From: Octopus bimaculoides | Lineage: Eukaryota | Assembly: GCF_001194135.2 (NCBI RefSeq) | Contig: NC_068982.1 | Coordinates: 103,235,345-103,283,290 of the forward strand | Direction of reading: 5' to 3' | DNA: 47,946 nt | Shown: one piece after another, positions 43,291 through 47,946 of the stretch | Layout of the letters: every line of letters starts with the position of its first letter | Numbering within the stretch: the first letter of the stretch is position 1 | Program-made: the position numbers and the translations under genes | Notes under the pieces: generated by a model | Database searches by the model: none | Told to the model about the DNA's origin: nothing | What the model saw: only the letters and a program-made list of their open reading frames with translations

Positions 43291-43329
43291 CTCAAAACTT
43301 CTGGAATGCACCTTGTATTTAACACTTTA

Positions 43330-43558
43330 TTCAACCCTTTAGCATTCAAACTGGCCATATGCAGCCAAAATGTTCTACTTGCTTTATGTTCAAACTAGCC
43401 AGATCTGGCCTCTGCCATCTACACTATAATATCATTCTAAAAATAAATTAATACATCATCAAAATCTCAAATCTACAAGATAATACAAGATTAATTCCAA
43501 ACAAAGTGAATAAATAAGCATTACATTTGACAGAATAATCTGAATGCTAGATGGTTAA
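43330..43558. mobile_element. piggyBac-type MITE, inverted relative to 15871-16077
   Basis: TCAACCCTTTAGCATTCAAACTGGCCATAT...TTTGACAGAATAATCTGAATGCTAGATGGTTAA. Confidence 0.82.
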
Positions 43559-43604
43559 TATCAAAAGCCTGACAACAGGAATCACAGTCCATGCAGTATC
43601 AAGG

Positions 43605-44520
43605 TCATCATCATCATCATCATCATCATGATTGTTTAACATCCATCTTCCATGCATGCATGAGTAGGACAGTTCACAGGAGTTAGCCGGGTAGGAAAAC
43701 TACCCTATGCTACTGTGTCTGTTTTGACAGGTTTTTTACAGCTGGATGCCCTTCCTAACACCAACCACTCTGCAGAGTGGACTCAGTGCTTTTTATGTGG
43801 CACTAGCACATGCGAGGTTAGTTTTGGCATGATTTTTACAGCTGGATGCCCTTCCAAATGCCAACCACTTTACAGTGTGGACTGGATACTTTTTACGTGG
43901 CACCAGCATTGGTAGGGTCACCACGTAACTTGCAAGACAAAGAATTATGAGAGGGGCAGGGGCATTTGAGGAGGGGAACTTGTGTTGGAGGATGAAAGGT
44001 TAGAGAGTGACAAAGAGACAGAAACAGATGTTTTGCTATAATGGAAGGGAGCATTGGAGGAGGTGATCCAGTATCAGATGATGAAAAGTTAGAGTGTGAC
44101 AGAGAAATAGGGTGGCAAAAATAGGTGTCTTGCTACAGAGGAGGTATGTGGTTACCTAGTGAGAGAGAGAGAAAAAGAGAAAGAGAGAGAGCAACCAAGA
44201 ATGAGGGCAGAAATAGGTGTGGTGCTGTAGAGGAGATACGTAACAACCCAACCAGAGGGAAGAGTGAGGGAAAGAAAGAGAGTAGGAAACAGCAAAAGTG
44301 TGAGAGCAGGAGAGAGATGGTGAAGTGCCAGGGTATACTCACAAGAAACAAGGATCAGAGCATGGAGGTGATGGTAGAGTAAAGAAAACAGAGGTATGAA
44401 GGTTGTAATATATGCAGTCAGGTGTTGCCAAGAAGGCACAAGTAGGGAATGGGGATTGCAGTAACTGGCTAAAACCTGGATAGATGGCAGTGAGAGCAAA
44501 AATGGAGATTGGAAGACAAT
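43605..44520 (-). mobile_element. LINE 3' UTR tail, long purine-rich variant
   Basis: (TCA)n tail; duplicated TTTTTACAGCTGGATGCCCTTCC..CCAACCACT module (~43732 and ~43833); body collinear with 2993-3625. Confidence 0.75.
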
Positions 44521-44699
44521 AATATTTTATGAAAAGGAAATGTGAGGAATGATATATCATATGTAACTATGCAGTAGATATATAATCAGGGTAAATTCAA
44601 CTATTTCTCTATAGACTAAAAAAAATGATGTATTGCCTTAATTGATTTTCAAACCTTATTGGGTTCTCATCAGGAATGTCTATATCACTTAACAATATA

Positions 44700-44865
44700 C
44701 TGTAGACTTCCAATCAGTTTCTGTCTACTGTATTCCACTCACAATATATTGGTCAATTCATATCAATGGTAGAAGAAACTTGATCAATGTGCCACTCAGT
44801 GTAATCAAACTTGGAACAACAATGGTTGCAAAGCAAACTTTTTAACTACATAACCATAGCTGCAC
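44700..44865 (-). mobile_element. SINE family B, degenerate 5' half
   Basis: CAGTTTCTGTCTACTGTATTCCACTCAC...GTAGAAGAAACTTG...AAGCAAACTTTTTAACTACATAACCAT. Confidence 0.6.
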
Positions 44866-44876
44866 ATGTATGTTAA

Positions 44877-45150
44877 GGGCACTGGCTCAGGAACAAAATT
44901 TGCTTAGGGGGTGCAAACCCAGGTCCAAAATTTTTTACAAACAAGGTCTTGTTTTTTTTTTCTGTTATTTATTTTTGTGATTTGTTCTTTGAGAAGGAAC
45001 CTAACTTCAAGCTACTTTTTACACATCACTTTTTTATTCAGTTTTGTAAACCTGAGAAAAATAAGTAGGGCTGCAAATTTTGTTCTGCACTCCGCAAAAA
45101 TTCTAGGGGGTGCACTTGCACCACCTGCACCCCCTGTTCCCTAAGGGATG
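44877..45150. mobile_element. Non-autonomous DNA transposon with GC-rich inverted ends (hAT-like)
   Basis: Left AGGAACA...TAGGGGGTGCA and right TAGGGGGTGCACTTGCACCACCTGCACCCCCTGTTCC around an AT-rich core. Confidence 0.45.
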
Positions 45151-45859
45151 CTTCCAATGGAATATTTTTGCTTTAAAAATAAAAGTTTACTGAAGTTGAT
45201 TTATGTTTGAAGATTACATCTACCTCAGCGTATACACTTTTATAATAATTGAAAGTTAATCAGAGATGTCCATCTAGATTTTATGTCTCATGCCAATGAA
45301 TCAGAAAACATTTTTGCACAAGAGTTGATAGAAAAAAATTAATTATACTTTATTTTGACTACACACAAGATCAAAAGTACAGAGGGATAGAGCCAATTGA
45401 ATTAACTTTAGTATCTTTTTAGCACTTCCTGAAGCATATCATATCTATTGATTCTAGAGGGCTGAGAGACAAAATGAATTCCATTAAAATATTAATGTAC
45501 AACACTAACAAAGCTAAATGCTGTGGGTTGTTTAGTTTAGCTCTCAACCATTCCTGCTTGCTCACTGACCTGAAAAAAATTAGAAAATTCCCAAACTGAA
45601 GAAGAATGTTTGAAAACTAATAAACTTTCAAAAATGTATTAAATGAATTTGTAAATAATAAATTTGAAAGAAAAGACTAGGAACACTACTCTTGATAGTC
45701 CTCCTCCATTTTCCCAAATGTTATGACATACATCCATGTTCCCCCTCCTCTCATTTTGAAGAAATGCTTCTTTGGCAGAAATTTCTTTCTTTACCTTACA
45801 ACAATGGTTGGTGCTATCCAGAGCTAAATTACAGGCAATGTCACTCTTAGAACTATCTT

Positions 45860-46050
45860 TATACAGTCACTTGATCTGCTAGAAACAGCAGCCAAACTAC
45901 TCTCAAATTATATCTTACTGTCTTAAAAAAGAATGCATTGGAGAATTTAATCTTACATAGCATACACTATCTATAAAAAGACAGAATAGTCATAGTCAGA
46001 GATCTTTTATCACAAACCTACTCAGTTAGGACTGGCCTAGGCTAAAAAAC
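45860..46050 (+). mobile_element. Short interspersed repeat family C
   Basis: GATCTGCTAGAAACAGCAGCCAAACTACTCTCAAAT...GACTGGCCTAGGCTAAAAAACAA. Confidence 0.65.
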
Positions 46051-46434
46051 AATAGAAACAACAATTCTCAGATTCTGAAGAAGACAAGCTTTGTCATCAA
46101 GACAACACAAAAACCAAATGGTAATAAAGAAGAAGAAAATAATTTTCTTCAAGCAAATAAAGGAAAAAAGAATGTCTAAAACAAATTAGTATTTGATCGT
46201 TTGCATAAATTTCCAAGAAAAAATTAAGATTAGCTTTTATATTTGTTTCTCATAGCATGTAAATTAAGATGTACACAGAATTGTTTGTCAATTTTGTTGA
46301 TACTCATATTTTGGCATTAGATTCTGTTGAATACTAGAATGAATTTTATTACGATCAAGTTGAACCTGTTATTGTTGCTGTCGTCACTGTCACCATTGTT
46401 GTCGTCATCATTGTTGTCGCCACCACTGTCATTG

Positions 46435-46720
46435 TCATCATCGCTGTTTAATGTTCCCTTTTCTATGCTGACATGGGTTGGATGGTTCAACAAGAACAGA
46501 TGAGCCAGAGAACTGTACCAGATACTGTGTCTGTTTTGGCATGGTTTCTACAACTGGATGCCCTTCCTAATACCAACCACTCAACATACTGGGTGCTTTT
46601 GACATTGCACCAGCACCAGTGAGTTTACCAAGCACCTGCAAGATAAAGTGAGTTGGGTATAGAATGGAGAGATAAGAAACAATGATAGAGGAGCAGATGT
46701 CTTGCTGAAGAGATGAATAC
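46435..46720 (-). mobile_element. LINE 3' UTR tail copy preceded by a degenerate (GTC/TCA)n tract
   Basis: CATGGGTTGGATGG...TTTCTACAACTGGATGCCCTTCCTAATACCAACCACTC. Confidence 0.75.
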
Positions 46721-47289
46721 ATGACTTGTGTGTGCACGCATGCACACACACACACACACTCACATGCACAAACACACACACACACATGGAAAGAGAGAGC
46801 AATAAATAATATTCCTTACTTGAAAATGGTAGTATTTTGATAACTTTAATACCCAGATTAGTTAAGATTACAATTTACTGTCAAGAATAATTATCATGGG
46901 ACATTACTTATTTTCTTGACAAATTAGCCAAATAATAAATGTCACATATGACTAAATTTAATAACAACGGCTCATTGAAACTGTCCCATACTTTGACTAA
47001 GCCACTCCCGATAAAACTTCTACGTTACTGTCAATATTTGCTCTTACAGATATTTCACTCAACACATATATTAAGTTTCTTTTTCATGTATTTAAAAACA
47101 CTTCACACACACACACACAACACTCAACCCATGCAAGCATGAGTTCATGATGATGCTGTTTATGCATGTATATGATTATTATGTTTACATATATACAGGA
47201 TGCAATGGCTAAATTGTTGCCATTTTACATTTTTTAATATTTTTAATTTCACACATGCACATTGTTTGTGTTTGATTTTGTCAACTATA

Positions 47290-47946
47290 CAGTACAGTAG
47301 GGTCTGTTGAGCACTGTCTGTGAGAAAAACAGCACCATGATGCAATTCAATCAGCCAGAAATTTGGAAACAAGCTGTACTGCTTGGCATTCACACCAGAA
47401 GCTCCAATACAAACATTTCAGAGTGTTTGAGTGTCAATCTGAGGACAGTGCAGAGGATTCAGAAAGAGTTGGATGAGTCTAATGGTGATTATGAAGGTAC
47501 GGCAGCTTGAAAGACCCATTCTGATCGTTCTGATAAAAAAAGAACTCCTGAATTTGTTGGTGAGATCCAGGCCATGACAACGATCCCTCAAAGTCAATCA
47601 AGTCTATCGCCACGGACATGGGAGTGTTTGAGTTTCTTATCAGGCAGGTAGTGCATGAAGACATTCGTTATTCCTCATACAAGATGAGAAAGGGCCAATT
47701 TTTATCCCCAAGCCATTAAGGACAAGAGGAAAGACTGCACTATGAAGCTTTTGAACAAACTCGAGCATGCCCTTTAACTGAACATGCTTTAGTTTTTCTC
47801 AGATGAGAAAAATTTTTGCCAGGGTCAGATGGTGAACACACAGAACAACCATTGGCTTACCGTGTCCCCAAAACATGTACCAAGAGTGATAAAAATCAAA
47901 CATCCAGTCAACATCATGGTGTTTGGAGTGATCACTGGTAATGGCA
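47290..47946 (+). pseudogene. Tc1/mariner-superfamily transposase N-terminal half (maT/DD37D-like), runs off window end
   Basis: HTH-like NLRTVQRIQKEL, then TPEFVGEIQA, SIATDMGV, VVHEDIR, FFSDEKNFCQ (first catalytic Asp) and KHPVNIMVFGVIT-like; stops and frameshifts. Subfamily cannot be fixed without the later Asp residues. Confidence 0.8.

Overview
AT-rich eukaryotic genomic DNA, most likely an octopod cephalopod. That assignment is an inference from repeat families I recognise from Octopus sequence, not a database result. The window holds one complete protein-coding gene: a four-exon mitoferrin (SLC25A37/SLC25A28-type mitochondrial iron carrier) on the minus strand, CDS join(37751..37951, 22035..22254, 16214..16270, 11998..12548) = 1029 nt, 342 aa, with GT-AG introns of about 15.5, 5.8 and 3.7 kb. 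Nearly everything else is decayed transposable element: RTE-clade LINE fragments and their 3' UTR tails, several SINE-like families, two D,D34D mariner remnants, a maT/Tc1-like remnant, a Chapaev3-like remnant, piggyBac-type and hAT-type MITEs, and microsatellites. I found no tRNA/rRNA gene, CRISPR array or prokaryotic feature, and no convincing new multi-gene system. The best leads are regulatory: an 8-codon uORF abutting the mitoferrin start, a near-perfect let-7 complement and a dense UAGU cluster downstream of the stop, a housekeeping/mitochondrial-type promoter motif cluster, a sharp CpG landscape hinting at a head-to-head neighbour gene, a ~240-bp loop-less palindrome upstream, and a modular hairpin-array 3' UTR in the RTE LINE. 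TE boundaries are read by eye and approximate unless a TIR or TSD is quoted.
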